NCBI GenBank assembly: GCA_052327205.1
Contig: CM126207.1
Coordinates: 40,114,001-40,178,000 of the forward strand
Source of the DNA: Somniosus microcephalus
Lineage: Eukaryota
Length of the DNA stretch: 64,000 nucleotides
Direction of reading: 5' to 3'
In this document: in pieces, positions 12,701 to 27,700 of the stretch
How positions within the stretch are numbered: the stretch's first letter is position 1
Layout: each line of letters starts with the position of its first letter
Position numbers and translations under genes: made by a program
The notes under the pieces: model-generated
The model's database searches: none
The model's input: only the letters and a program-made list of their open reading frames with translations
What the model was told of the DNA's origin: nothing

Positions 12701-15700
12701 ATTGTGAGCGTGTTCACGATCTTAATGTTGAGCACTATGCATTAAATTGCAAGTATGCTGTTACTGGAGATTTTTCTTACACAAAATTTTGCCATTGAAG
12801 ATTTGATCTATTTCACTGGTTTAATGTCATTATTCAGTTTACGAGGCATCAGCTCTGGACAGCAGCAGTGGCATTTAGTTTTATAAAAGAAAGTATTATC
12901 AACATTAATAATTGTTCCCTTCTTTGATCTTGGATGTCTAGGTTGCAATAGATTATACCTGTTGATGCTGGTGATGTTGCTGTGGATGAGATCAGAGTTG
13001 TCGTTGCTTCTGTTGAAGTGCTTCCTTCTGAGGTTCCAGCTGATGTTGAAGCTGCTAATATGTATAGAAATGTCAGTAAAACAGGGCAAAGCTCTTCTAG
13101 ATACCATCATAAATAGGGCAAACTGACCAACAAAGCTAATGAGCTGAACTCAAACAATTTGATTACAGTTGGTTGGCTTGAATAATAATTATACAATTGT
13201 GCAAATTGGAACTGAAGTGAATGAGTTGCTTCTATTTTCCCACTGAAGAAGCCTTCATGATATTTGATGCAAGCTGTCACATTAATTAAACATTGAGCTT
13301 CTTCTCAGAGTGATCTCCTTTTATAGTCGTCATATCCATGATTAAAGAGAATATGGATGTGGCTGGATTAGTAAGTTTTTAAATTGTACGAGGCATAAAA
13401 TCTGGAGTCAACAAGTGACTGTAAATGATGTGGCAAGAAGAACAGTCTCATCTGTGGATTGTGAATTTGAAAGCATTCTGTGAGTGAGGAAAATGCGATT
13501 GGAACTTTTGATACATGTCGAAGGAATCAAAGATATTGATGGTTCTGTTGATGTGCTTAACAGTGATGACTCAACTGGTGCACTGGCAATAGAAATGTAA
13601 CATTATTAACAGACATGGAACTGTGAAGGCACAAATGGCATTTACTCTTTTGAAAAAATTGTTTACAATGGCCAAGGTAAGACTAGTGTCTGTTGCTTGA
13701 TTGAGAAATGATTTATCAGCGGGAAGGTTAAACGGTGACAATTGGGATGACATTGTGGATACCTGTTGTTTCACTTGTTGAGGCTAAAGTGGTTGAAGAA
13801 GCGGTTGCAGTTGTAGATGGATCTGTTGATCTGCTTTGTTCTGATGTTGGAGATGTTGATGATGTAGCTGTTGATGTTAAAAGAGATGTCAGTGAAAGAA
13901 AGCAATGCTCCTGCTGATTGCAGCATAAAGCACGTCAAATGAGGAAGGTAAGTTTAATGAAACGAATTAAAAACATGATCGACATGAAAATGGTGGGTTG
14001 CTTTGATACTTATTCTGAGAGTGTTCACGATCTTAATATTGAGTACTATGCATTAAATTGCAAGTATGCTGTTACGAGAGATTTTCTTATACAAGGTTTA
14101 CCATTACAGAGATTATCAATTTCACTGGTTTAATGTCATTATTCACTTTACGAGGCATCAGCTCTGGACAGCAGCAGTGGCATTTAGTTTTATAAAACAC
14201 TGTATTATCAACATTAATAATTGTTCCCTTCTACGATCTTGGATGTCTAGGTTGCAATAGATTATACCTGTTGATGCTGGTGATGTTGCTGTGGATGAGA
14301 TCAGAGTTGTAGTTGCTTCTGTTGAAGTGCTTCCTTCTGAGGTTACAGATGATGTCAAAACTGCTAATATGTATAGAAATGTCAGTAAAACAGGGCAAAG
14401 CTCTTCTAGATGCCATCATAAATAGAGCAAACTGACCAATAAAGCTAATGAGCTGAACTCAAACAATTTGATTGCAGTTGGTTGGCATGAATAATAATTA
14501 TACAATTGTGTAATGTGGACCTGAAGTGAATGAGTTGCTTCTATTTTCCCACTGAAGGAGCCTCCATGATATTTGATGCAAGCTATCACATTAATTAAAC
14601 TTTGAGCTTCTTCTCAAAGTGATCTACTTTTATACTCGTCATATCAATGATTAGAGAGAATATGGATGTGGCTGGATTAGTAAGTTTTTAAATTGTACGA
14701 GGCATAAAATCTGGAGTCAACAAGTGACTGTAAATGATGTGGCAAGAAGAACAGTCTCATCTGTGGATTGTGAATTTGAAACCATTCTGTGAGTGAGGAA
14801 AATGCGATTGGAACTTTTGATACATGTCGAAGGAATCAAAGATATTAAGGAATCAAAGATATTGATAGTTCTGTTGATGTGCTTAACAGTGATGGCTCAA
14901 CTGGTGCATTGGCAATAGAAATGTAACATTATTAACAGACATGGAACTGTGAAGGCAGAAATGGCATTTACTCTTTTGAAAAAATTGTATACAATGGTCA
15001 AGGTAAGACTAGTGTCTGTTGCTTGATTCAAAAATGAGTTATCAGCGGGAAGGTTGAACGTTGACATTTGGGATGGCATTGTGGATACCTGTTGTTTCAC
15101 TTGTTGAGGCTAAAGTGGTTGAAGAAGCAGGTACAGTTGTAGATGGATCTGTTGATGTGCTTTGTTCTGATGTTGGAGATGTTGATGATGTAGCTGTTGA
15201 TTTTAAAAGAGATGTCAGTGAAAGAAAGCAATGCTCCTGCTGATTGCAGCATAAAGCACGTCAAATGAGAATGGTAAATTTAATGAAACGAATTAAAACA
15301 TGATCGAAATGAAAATGGTGGTTTGCTTTGATATTTATTATGAGACTGTTCACAATCTTAATGTTGAGCACTATGCATTAAATTGCAAGTATGCTGTTAC
15401 TGGCGATTTTTCTTATCAAAGTTTGCCATTACAGAGATTATCAATTTCACTGGTTTAATGTCATTATTCACTTTACGAGGCATCAGCTCTGGACAGCAGC
15501 AGTGGCATTTAGTTTTATAAAAGAAAGTATTATCAACATTAATAATTGTTCCCTTCTATGATCTTGGATGTCTAGGTTGCAATAGATTATACCTGTTGAT
15601 GCTGGTGATGTTGCTGTGGATGAGATCAGAGTTGTAGTTGCTTCTGTTGAAGTGCTTCCTTCTGAGGTTCCAGCTGATGTTGAAGCTGCTAATATGTATA

Positions 15701-18700
15701 GAAATGTCAGTAAAACAGGGCAAAGCTCTTCTAGATACCATCATAAATAGGGCAAACTGACCAACAAAGCTAATGAGCTGAACTCAAACAATTTGATTAC
15801 AGTTGGTTGGCTTGAATAATAATTATACAATTGTGCAAATTGGAACTGAAGTGAATGAGTTGCTTCTATTTTCCCACTGAAGAAGCCTTCATGATATTTG
15901 ATGCAAGCTATCACATTAATTAAACATTGAGCTTCGTCTCAGAGTGATCTCCTTTTATAGTCGTCATATCCATGATTAAAGAGAATATGGATGTGGCTGG
16001 ATTAGTAAGTTTTGAAATTGTACGAGGCATAAAATCTGGAGTCAACAAGTGACTGTAAATGATGTGGCAAGAAGAACAGTCTCATCTGTGGATTGTGAAT
16101 TTGAAACCATTCTGTGAGTGAGGAAAATGCGATTGGAACTTTTGATACATGTCGAAGGAATCAAAGATATTGATGGTTCTGTTGATGTGCTTAACAGTGA
16201 TGACTCAACTGGTGCATTGGCAATAGAAATGTAACATTATTAACAGACATGGAACTGTGAAGGCAGAAATGGCATTAACTCTTTTGAAAAAATTGTTTAC
16301 AATGGTCAAGGTAAGACTAGTGTCTGTTGCTTGATTCAAAAATGATTTATCAGCGGGAAGGTTGAACGTTGACATTTGGGATGGCATTGTGGATACCTGT
16401 TGTTTCACTTGTTGAGGCTAAAGTGGTTGAAGAAGCAGGTACAGTTGTAGATGGATCTGTTGATGTGCTTTGTTCTGATGTTGGAGATGTTGATGATGTA
16501 GCTGTTGATGTTAAAAGAGATGTCAGTGAAAGAAAGCAATGCTCCTGCTGATTGCAGCATAAAGCAAGTCAAATGAGGAAGGTAAGTTTAATGAAACGAA
16601 TTAAAAACATGATCGAAATGAAAATGGTGGGTTGCTTTGATATTTATTGTGAGCGTGTTCACGATCTTAATGTTGAGCACTATGCATTAAATTGCAAGTA
16701 TGCTGTTACTGGAGATTTTTCTTATACAAAATTTTGCCATTACAGATTTTATCAATTTCACTGGTTTAATGTCATTATTCACTTTACGAGGCATCAGCTC
16801 TGGACAGGAGCAGTGGCATTTAGTTTTATAAAAGAAAGTATTATCAACATTAATAATTGTTCCCTTCTATGTTCTTGGATTTCTAGGTTGCAATAGATCA
16901 TACCTGTTGATGCTGGTGATGTTGCTGTGGATGAGATCAGAGTTGTAGTTGCTTCTGTTGAAGTGCTTCCTTCTGAGGTTCCAGCTGATGTTGAAGCTGC
17001 TAATATGTGTAGAAATGTCAGTAAAACAGGGCAAAGCTCTTCTAGATACCATCATAAATAGTGCAAACTGACCAACAAAGCTAATGAGCTGAACTCAAAC
17101 AATTTGATTACAGTTGGTTGGCTTGAATAATAATTGTACAATTGTGCAAATTGGAACTGAAGTGAATGAGTTGCTTCTATTTTCCCACTGAAGGAGCCTT
17201 CATGATATTTGATGCAAGCTATCACATTAATTAAACTTTGAGCTTCTTATCAGAGTTATCTCTTTTCAGATGAATTATATGCATGATTAGAAAGTAAAAG
17301 AATGTGGCAGGATTAGTGAGTTTTTAAAATATACTCGGCATAAAAGCTGGAGTCAACAAGTGACTGTAAATGATGTGACAAGAAGCACAGTCACATCTGT
17401 GGATTTTGACTTAGAAACCATTCTGTGAGTGAGGAAAATGCGATTGGAACTTTTGATACATGTCGAAGGAATCAAAGATGTTGATGGTTCTGTTGATGTG
17501 CTTAACAGTGATGGCTCAACTGGTGCTTTGGCAACAGAAATGTAACATTATTAATAGACATGGAACTGTGAAGGCACAAATGGCATTTACTCTTTTGAAA
17601 AAATTGTTTACAATGGTCAAGGTAAGACTAGTGTCTGTTGCTTGATTCAAAAAGGAGTTATCAGCGGGAAGGTTGAACGTTGACATTTGGGATGGCATTG
17701 TGGATACCTGTTGTTTCACTTGTTGAGGCTATAGTGGTTGAAGAAGCAGATACAGTTGTAGATGGATCTGTTGATATGCTTTGTTCTGATGTTGGAGATG
17801 TTGATGATGTAGCTGTTGATTTTAAAAGAGATGTCAGTGAAAGAAAGCAATGCTCCTGCTGATTGCAGCATAAAGCACGTCAAATGAGAATGGTAAATTT
17901 AATGAAACGAATTAAAACATGATCGAAATGAAAATGGTGGTTTGCTTTGATATTTATTCTGAGAGTGTTCACAATCTTAATGTTGAGCACTATGCATTAA
18001 ATTGCAAGTATGCTGTTACTGGAGATTTTTCTTATCAAAGTTTGCCATTACAGAGATTATCAATTTCACTGGTTTAATGTCATTATTCACTTTACGAGGC
18101 ATCAGCTCTGGACAGCAGTAGTGGCATTTAGTTTTATAAAAGAAAGTATTATCAACATTAATAATTGTTCCCTTCTATGATCTTGGATGTCTAGGTTGCA
18201 ATAGATTATACCTGTTGATGCTGGTGATGTTGCTGTGGATGAGATCAGAGTTGTAGTTGCTTCTGTTGAAGTGCTTCCTTCTGAGGTTCCAGATGATGTT
18301 GAAGCTGCTAATATGTATAGAAATGTCAGTAAAACAGGGCAAAGCTCTTCTAGATACCATCATAAATAGTGCAAACTGACCAACAAAGCTAATGAGCTGA
18401 ACTCAAACAATTTGATTGCAGTTGGTTGGCTTGAATAATAGTTATACAATTGTGCAAATTGGAACTGTAGTGAATGAGTTGCTTCTATTTTCCCACTGAA
18501 GGAGCCTTCATGATATTTGATGCAAGCTATCACATTAATTAAACTTTGAACTTCTTATCAGAGTTATCTCTTTTCAGATGAATTATATGCATGATTAGAG
18601 AGTAAAAGAATGTGGCAGGATTAGTGAGTTTTTAAAATATACTCGGCATAAAAGCTGGAGTCAACAAGTGACTGTACATGATGTGAGAAGAAGCACAATC

Positions 18701-21700
18701 ATATCTGTGGATTTTGACTTTGAAACCATTCTGTGAGTGAGGGAAATGTGATTGGAACTTTTGATTCATGTCGAAGGAATCAAAGATGTTGATGGTTCTG
18801 CTGATGTGCTTAACAGTGATGGCTCAACAGGTGCTTTGGCAATAGAAATGTAACATTATTAACAGGCATGGAACTGTGAAGGCACAAATGGCATTTACTC
18901 TTTTGAAAAAATTGTTTACAATGGTCAAGGTAAGACTAGTGTCTGTTGCTTGATTCAAAAATGAGTTATCAGCGGGAAGGTTGAACGTTGACATTTGGGA
19001 TGGCATTGTGGATACCTGTTGTTTCACTTGTTGAGGCTATAGTGGTTGAAGAAGCAGGTACAGTTGTAGATGGATCTGTTGATGTGCTTTGTTCTGATGT
19101 TGGAGATGTTGATGATGTAGCTGTTGATGTTAAAAGAGATGTCAGTGAAAGAAAGCAATGCTCCTGCTGATTGCAGCATAAAACAAGTCAAATGAGGAAG
19201 GTAAGTTTAATGAAACAAATTAAAAACATGATCGAAATGAAAGTGGTGGGTTGCTTTGATATTTATTCTGAGAGTGTTCACGATCTTAATGTTGAGCACT
19301 ATGCATTAAATTGCAAGTATGCTGTTACTGGAGATTTTTCTTATCAAAGTTTGCCATTACAGAGATTATCAATTTCACTGGTTTAATGTCATTATTCACT
19401 TTACGAGGCATCAGCTCTGGACAGCAGCAGTGGCATTTAGTTTTATAAAAGAAAGTATTATCAACATTAATAATTGTTCCCTTCTTTGATCTTGGATTTC
19501 TAGGTTGCAATAGATTATACCTGTTGATGCTGGTGATGTTGCTGTGGATGAGATCAGAGTTGTAGTTGCTTCTGTTGAAGTGCTTCCTTCTGAGGTTCCA
19601 GCTGATGTTGAAGCTGCTAATATGTGTAGAAATGTCAGTAAAACAGGGCAAAGCTCTTCTAGATACCATCATAAATAGTGCAAACTGACCAACAAAGCTA
19701 ATGAGCTGAACTCAAACAATTTGATTGCAGTTGGTTGGCTTGAATAATAATTATACAATTGTGCAAATTGGAACTGAAGTGAATGAGTTGCTTCTATTTT
19801 CCCACTGAAGAAGCCTTCATGATATTTGATGCAAGCTATCACATTAATTAAACTTTGAGCTTCTTCTCAGAGTGATCTCCTTGTATAGTCGTCATATCCA
19901 TGATTAGAGAGAATATGGATGTGGCTGGATTAGTAAGTTTTAAAATTGTACGAGGCATAAAATCTGGAGTCAACAAGTGACTGTAGATGATGTGGCAAGA
20001 AGAACAGTCTCATCTGTGGATTGTGAATTTGAAACCATTCTGTGAGTGAGGAAAATGCGATTGGAAGTTTTGATACATGTCGAAGGAATCAAAGATATTG
20101 ATGGTTCTGTTGATGTGCTTAACAGTGATTGCTCAACTGGTGCATTGGCAATAGAAATGTAACAGTATTAACAGACATGGAACTGTGAAGGCAGAAATGG
20201 AATTTACTCATTTGAAAAAACTGTTTACAATGGTCAAGGTAAGACTAGTGTCTGTTGCTTGATTCAAAAATGATTTATCAGCGGGAAGGTTGAACGTTGA
20301 CATTTGGGATGGCATTGTGGATACCTGTTGTTTCACTTGTTGAGGCTAAAGTGGTTGAAGAAGCAGGTGCAGTTGTAGATGGATCTGTTGATGTGCTTTG
20401 TTCTGATGTTGGAGATGTTGATGATGTAGCTGTTGATGTTAAAAGAGATGTCAGTGAAAGAAAGCAATGCTCCTGCTGATTGCAGCATAAAGCACATCAA
20501 ATGAGGAAGGTAAGTTTAATGAAACGAATTAAAAACATGATCGAAATGAAAATGGTGGGTTGCTTTGATATTTATTGTGAGCGTGTTCACGATCTTAATG
20601 TTGAGCACTATGCATTAAATTGCAAGTATGCTGTTACTGGAGATTTTTCTTATCAAAGTTTGCCATTACAGAGTTTATCAATTTCACTCGTTTAATGTCA
20701 TTATTCACTTTACGAGGCATCAGCTCTGGACAGCAGCAGTGGCATTTAGTTTTATAAAAGAAAGTATTATCAACATTAATAATTGTTCCCTTCTATGATC
20801 TTGGATGTCTAGGTTGCAATAGATTATACCTGTTGATGCTGGTGATGTTGCTGCGGATGAGATCAGAGTTGTAGTTGCTTCTGTTGAAGTGCTTCCTTCT
20901 GAGGTTCCAGCTGATGTTGAAGCTGCTAATATGTGTAGAAATGTCAGTAAAACAGGGCAAAGCTCTTCCAGATACCATCATAAATAGTGCAAACTGACCA
21001 ACAAAGCTAATGAGCTGAACTCAAACAATTTGATTACAGTTGGTTGGCTTGAATAATAATTATACAATTGTGCAAATTGGAACTGAAGTGAATGAGTTGC
21101 TTCTATTTTCCCACTGAAGGAGCCTTCATGATATTTGATGCAAGCTATCACATTAATTAAACTTTGAGCTTCTTATCACAGTTATCTCTTTTCAGATGAA
21201 TTATATGCATGATTAGAAAGTAAAAGAATGTGGCAGGATTAGTGAGTTTTTAAAATATACTTGGCATAAAAGCTGGAGTCAACAAGTGACTGTAAATGAT
21301 GTGACAAGAAGCACAGTCACATCTGTGGATTTTGACTTAGAAACCATTCTGTGAGTGAGGAAAATGCGATTGGAACTTTTGATACATGTCGAAGGAATCA
21401 AAGATGTTGATGGTTCTGTTGATGTGCTTAACAGTGATGGCTCAACTGGTGCTTTGGCAACAGAAATGTAACATTATTAATAGACATGGAACTGTGAAGG
21501 CACAAATGGCATTTACTCTTTTGAAAAAATTGTTTACAATGGTCAAGGTAAGACTAGTGTCTGTTGCTTGATTCAAAAAGGAGTTATCAGCGGGAAGGTT
21601 GAACGTTGACATTTGGGATGGCATTGTGGATACCTGTTGTTTCACTTGTTGAGGCTATAGTGGTTGAAGAAGCAGATACAGTTGTAGATGGATCTGTTGA

Positions 21701-24700
21701 TATGCTTTGTTCTGATGTTGGAGATGTTGATGATGTAGCTGTTGATTTTAAAAGAGATGTCAGTGAAAGAAAGCAATGCTCCTGCTGATTGCAGCATAAA
21801 GCACGTCAAATGAGAATGGTAAATTTAATGAAACGAATTAAAACATGATCGAAATGAAAATGGTGGTTTGCTTTGATATTTATTCTGAGAGTGTTCACAA
21901 TCTTAATGTTGAGCACTATGCATTAAATTGCAAGTATGCTGTTACTGGAGATTTTTCTTATCAAAGTTTGCCATTACAGAGATTATCAATTTCACTGGTT
22001 TAATGTCATTATTCACTTTACGAGGCATCAGCTCTGGACAGCAGTAGTGGCATTTAGTTTTATAAAAGAAAGTATTATCAACATTAATAATTGTTCCCTT
22101 CTATGATCTTGGATGTCTAGGTTGCAATAGATTATACCTGTTGATGCTGGTGATGTTGCTGTGGATGAGATCAGAGTTGTAGTTGCTTCTGTTGAAGTGC
22201 TTCCTTCTGAGGTTTCAGCTGCTGTTGAAGCTACTAATATGTATAGAAATGTCAGTAAAACAGGGCAAAGCTCTTCTAGATACCATCATAAATAGTGCAA
22301 ACTGACCAACAAAGCTAACGAGCTGAACTCAAACAATTTGATTACAGTTGGTTGGCTTGAATAATAATTATATAATTGTGCAAATTGGAACTGAAGTGAA
22401 TGACTTGCTTCTATTTTCCCACTGAAGAAGCCTTCATGATACTTGATGCAAGCTACCACATTAATTAAACTTTGAGCTTCTTCTCAGAGTGATCTCCTTT
22501 TATAGTCGTCATATCCATGATTAGAGAGAATATGGATGTGGCTGGATTAGCAAGTTTTTAAATGGTAGCAGGCATAAAATCTGGAGTCAACAAGTGACTG
22601 TAAATGATGTGGCAGGAAGCACAGTCTCATTTGTGAATTTGAAACCATTCTGTGAGTGAGGAAAATGTGATTGGAACTTTTGATACATGTCGAAGGAATC
22701 AAAGATATTGATAGTTCTGTTGATGTGCTAAACAGTGATGGCTCAACTGGTGCATTGGCAATAGAAATGTAACATTATTAACAGACATGGAACTGTGAAG
22801 GCAGAAATGGCATTTACTCTTTTGAAAAAATTGTTTACAATGGTCAAGATAAGACTAGTGTCTGTTGCTTGATTCAAAAATGATTTATCAGCGGGAAGGT
22901 TGAACGTTGACATTTGGGATGGCATTGTGGATACCTGTTGTTTCACTTGTTGAGGCTATAGTGGTTGAAGAAGCAGGTACAGTTGTAGATGGACCTGTTG
23001 ATGTGCTTTGTTCTGATGTTGGAGATGTTGATGATGTAGCTGTTGATGTTAAAAGAGATGTCAGTGAAAGAAAGCAATGCTCCTGCTGATTGCAGCATAA
23101 AGCACTTCAAATGAGGAAGGTAAGTTTAATGAAATGAATTAAAAACATGATCGAAATGAAAATGGTGGGTTGCTTTGATATTTATTGTGAGCGTGTTCAC
23201 GATCTTAATGTTGAGCACTATGCATTAAATTGCAAGTATGCTGTTACTGGAGATTTTTCTTACACAAAATTTTGCCATTGAAGATTTGATCTATTTCACT
23301 GGTTTAATGTCATTATTCAGTTTACGAGGCATCGGCTCTGGACAGCAGCAGTGGCATTTAGTTTTATAAAAGAAAGTATTATCAACATTAATAATTGTTC
23401 CCTTCTTTGATCTTGGATGTCTAGGTTGCAATAGATTATACCTGTTGATGCTGGTGATGTTGCTGTGGATGAGATCAGAGTTGTAGTTGCTTCTGTTGAA
23501 GTGCTTCCTTCTGAGGTTCCAGCTGATGTTGAAGCTGCTAATATGTATAGAAATGTCAGTAAAACAGGGCAAAGCTCTTCTAGATACCATCATAAATAGG
23601 GCAAACTGACCAACAAAGCTAATGAGCTGAACTCAAACAATTTGATTACAGTTGGTTGGCTTGAATAATAATTATACAATTGTGCAAATTGGAACTGAAG
23701 TGAATGAGTTGCTTCTATTTTCCCACTGAAGAAGCCTTCATGATATTTGATGCAAGCTATCACATTAATTAAACATTGAGCTTCGTCTCAGAGTGATCTC
23801 CTTTTATAGTCGTCATATCCATGATTAAAGAGAATATGGATGTGGCTGGATTTGAAAGTTTTGAAATTGTACGAGGCATAAAATCTGGAGTCAACAAGTG
23901 ACTGTAAATGATGTGGCAAGAAGAACAGTCTCATCTGTGGATTGTGAATTTGAAACCATTCTGTGAGTGAGGAAAATGCGATTGGAACTTTTGATACATG
24001 TCGAAGGAATCAAAGATATTGATGGTTCTGTTGATGTGCTTAACAGTGATGACTCAACTGGTGCATTGGCAATAGAAATGTAACATTATTAACAGACATG
24101 GAACTGTGAAGGCAGAAATGGCATTAACTCTTTTGAAAAAATTGTTTACAATGGTCAAGGTAGGACTAGTGTCTGTTGCTTGATTCAAAAATGATTTATC
24201 AGCGGGAAGGTTGAACGTTGACATTTGGGATGGCATTGTGGATACCTGTTGTTTCACTTGTTGAGGCTAAAGTGGTTGAAGAAGCAGGTACAGTTGTAGA
24301 TGGATCTGTTGATGTGCTTTGTTCTGATGTTGGAGATGTTGATGATGTAGCTGTTGATGTTAAAAGAGATGTCAGTGAAAGAAAGCAATGCTCCTGCTGA
24401 TTGCAGCATAAAGCAAGTCAAATGAGGAAGGTAAGTTTAATGAAACGAATTAAAAACATGATCGAAATGAAAAAGGTGGGTTGCTTTGATATTTATTGTG
24501 AGCGTGTTCACGATCTTAATGTTGAGCACTATGCATTAAATTGCAAGTATGCTGTTACTGGAGATTTTTCTTATACAAAATTTTGCCATTACAGATTTTA
24601 TCAATTTCACTGGTTTAATGTCATTATTCACTTTACGAGGCATCAGCTCTGGACAGGAGCAGTGGCATTTAGTTTTATAAAGGAAAGTATTATCAACATT

Positions 24701-27700
24701 AATAATTGTTCCCTTCTATGTTCTTGGATTTCTAGGTTGCAATAGATTATACCTGTTGATGCTGGTGATGTTGCTGTGGATGAGATCAGAGTTGTAGTTG
24801 CTTCTGTTGAAGTGCTTCCTTCTGAGGTTCCAGATGATGTTGAAGCTGCTAATACGTATAGAAATGTCAGTAAAACAGGGCAAAGCTCTTCTAGATACCA
24901 TCATAAATAGTGCAAACTGACCAACAAAACTAATGAGCTGAACTCAAACAATTTGATTGCAGTTGGTTGGCTTGAATAATAATTATACAATTGTGCAAAT
25001 TGGAACTGAAGTGAATGAGTTGCTTCTATTTTCCCACTGAAGGAGCCTTCATGATATTTGATGCAAGCTATCACATTAATTAAACTTTGAGCTTCTTATC
25101 AGAGTTATCTCTTTTCAGATGAATTATATGCATGATTAGAGAGTAAAAGAATGTGGCAGGATTAGTGAGTTTTTAAAATATACTCGGCATAAAAGCTGGA
25201 GTCAAAAAGTGACTGTACATGATGTGAGAAGAAGCACAGTCACATCTGTGGATTTTGACTTTGAAACCATTCTGTGAGTGAGGGAAATGTGATTGGAACT
25301 TTTGATTCATGTCGAAGGAATCAAAGATATTGATGGTTCTGTTGATGTGCTAAACAGTGATGACTCAACTGGTGCATTGGCAATAGAAATGTAACATTAT
25401 TAACAGACATGGAACTGTGAAGGCAGAAATGGCATTAACTCTTTTGAAAAAATTGTTTACAATGGTCAAGGTAAGACTAGTGTCTGTTGCTTGATTCAAA
25501 AATGATTTATCAGCGGGAAGGTTGAACGTTGACATTTGGGATGGCATTGTGGATACCTGTTGTTTCACTTGTTGAGGCTAAAGTGGTTGAAGAAGCAGGT
25601 ACAGTTGTAGATGGATCTGTTGATGTGCTTTGTTCTGATGTTGGAGATGTTGATGATGTAGCTGTTGATGTTAAAAGAGATGTCAGTGAAAGAAAGCAAT
25701 GCTCCTGCTGATTGCAGCATAAAGCAAGTCAAATGAGGAAGGTAAGTTTAATGAAACGAATTAAAAACATGATCGAAATGAAAATGGTGGGTTGCTTTGA
25801 TATTTATTGTGAGCGTGTTCACGATCTTAATGTTGAGCACTATGCATTAAATTGCAAGTATGCTGTTACTGGAGATTTTTCTTATCAAAGTTTGCCATTA
25901 CAGAGATTATCAATTTCACTGGTTTAATGTCATTATTCACTTTACGAGGCATCAGCTCTGGACAGGAGCAGTGGCATTTAGTTTTATAAAAGAAAGTATT
26001 ATCAACATTAATAATTGTTCCCTTCTATGTTCTTGGATTTCTAGGTTGCAATAGATTATACCTGTTGATGCTGGTGATGTTGCTGTGGATGAGATCAGAG
26101 TTGTAGTTGCTTCTGTTGAAGTGCTTCCTTCTGAGGTTCCAGCTGATGTTGAAGCTGCTAATATGTGTAGAAATGTCAGTAAAACAGGGCAAAGCTCTTC
26201 TAGATACCATCATAAATAGTGCAAACTGACCAACAAAGCTAATGAGCTGAACTCAAACAATTTGATTACAGTTGGTTGGCTTGAATAATAATTATACAAT
26301 TGTGCAAATTGGAACTGAAGTGAATGAGTTGCTTCTATTTTCCCACTGAAGGAGCCTTCATGATATTTGATGCAAGCTATCACATTAATTAAACTTTGAG
26401 CTTCTTATCAGAGTTATCTCTTTTCAGATGAATTACATGCATGATTAGAAAGTAAAAGAATGTGGCAGGATTAGTGAGTTTTTAAAATATACTCGGCATA
26501 AAAGCTGGAGTCAACAAGTGACTGTAAATGATGTGACAAGAAGCACAGTCACATCTGTGGATTTTGACTTAGAAACCATTCTGTGAGTGAGGAAAATGCG
26601 ATTGGAACTTTTGATACATGTCGAAGGAATCAAAGATGTTGATGGCTCTGTTGATGTGCTTAACAGTGATGGCTCAACTGGTGCTTTGGCAACAGAAATG
26701 TAACATTATTAATAGACATGGAACTGTGAAGGCACAAATGGCATTTACTCTTTTGAAAAAATTGTTTACAATGGTCAAGGTAAGACTAGTGTCTGTTGCT
26801 TGATTCAAAAAGGAGTTATCAGCAGGAAGGTTGAACGTTGACATTTGGGATGGCATTGTGGATACCTGTTGTTTCACTTGTTGAGGCTATAGTGGTTGAA
26901 GAAGCAGATACAGTTGTAGATGGATCTGTTGATATGCTTTGTTCTGATGTTGGAGATGTTGATGATGTAGCTGTTGATTTTAAAAGAGATGTCAGTGAAA
27001 GAAAGCAATGCTCCTGCTGATTGCAGCATAAAGCACGTCAAATGAGAATGGTAAATTTCATGAAACGAATTAAAACATGATCGAAATGAAAATGGTGGTT
27101 TGCTTTGATATTTATTCTGAGAGTGTTCACAATCTTAATGTTGAGCACTATGCATTAAATTGCAAGTATGCTGCTACTGGAGATTTTTCTTATCAAAGTT
27201 TGCCATTACAGAGATTATCAATTTCACTGGTTTAATGTCATTATTCACTTTACGAGGCATCAGCTCTGGACAGCAGTAGTGGCATTTAGTTTTATAAAAG
27301 AAAGTACTATCAACATTAATAATTGTTCCCTTCTATGATCTTGGATGTCTAGGTTGCAATAGATTATACCTGTTGATGCTGGTGATGTTGCTGTGGATGA
27401 GATCAGAGTTGTAGTTGCTTCTGTTGAAGTGCTTCCTTCTGAGGTTCCAGATGATGTTGAAGCTGCTAATATGTATAGAAATGTCAGTAAAACAGGGCAA
27501 AGCTCTTCTAGATACCATCATAAATAGTGCAAACTGACCAACAAAGCTAATGAGCTGAACTCAAACAATTTGATTGCAGTTGGTTGGCTTGAATAATAAT
27601 TATACAATTGTGCAAATTGGAACTGAAGTGAATGAGTTGCTTCTATTTTCCCACTGAAGGAGCCTTCATGATATTTGATGCAAGCTATCACATTAATTAA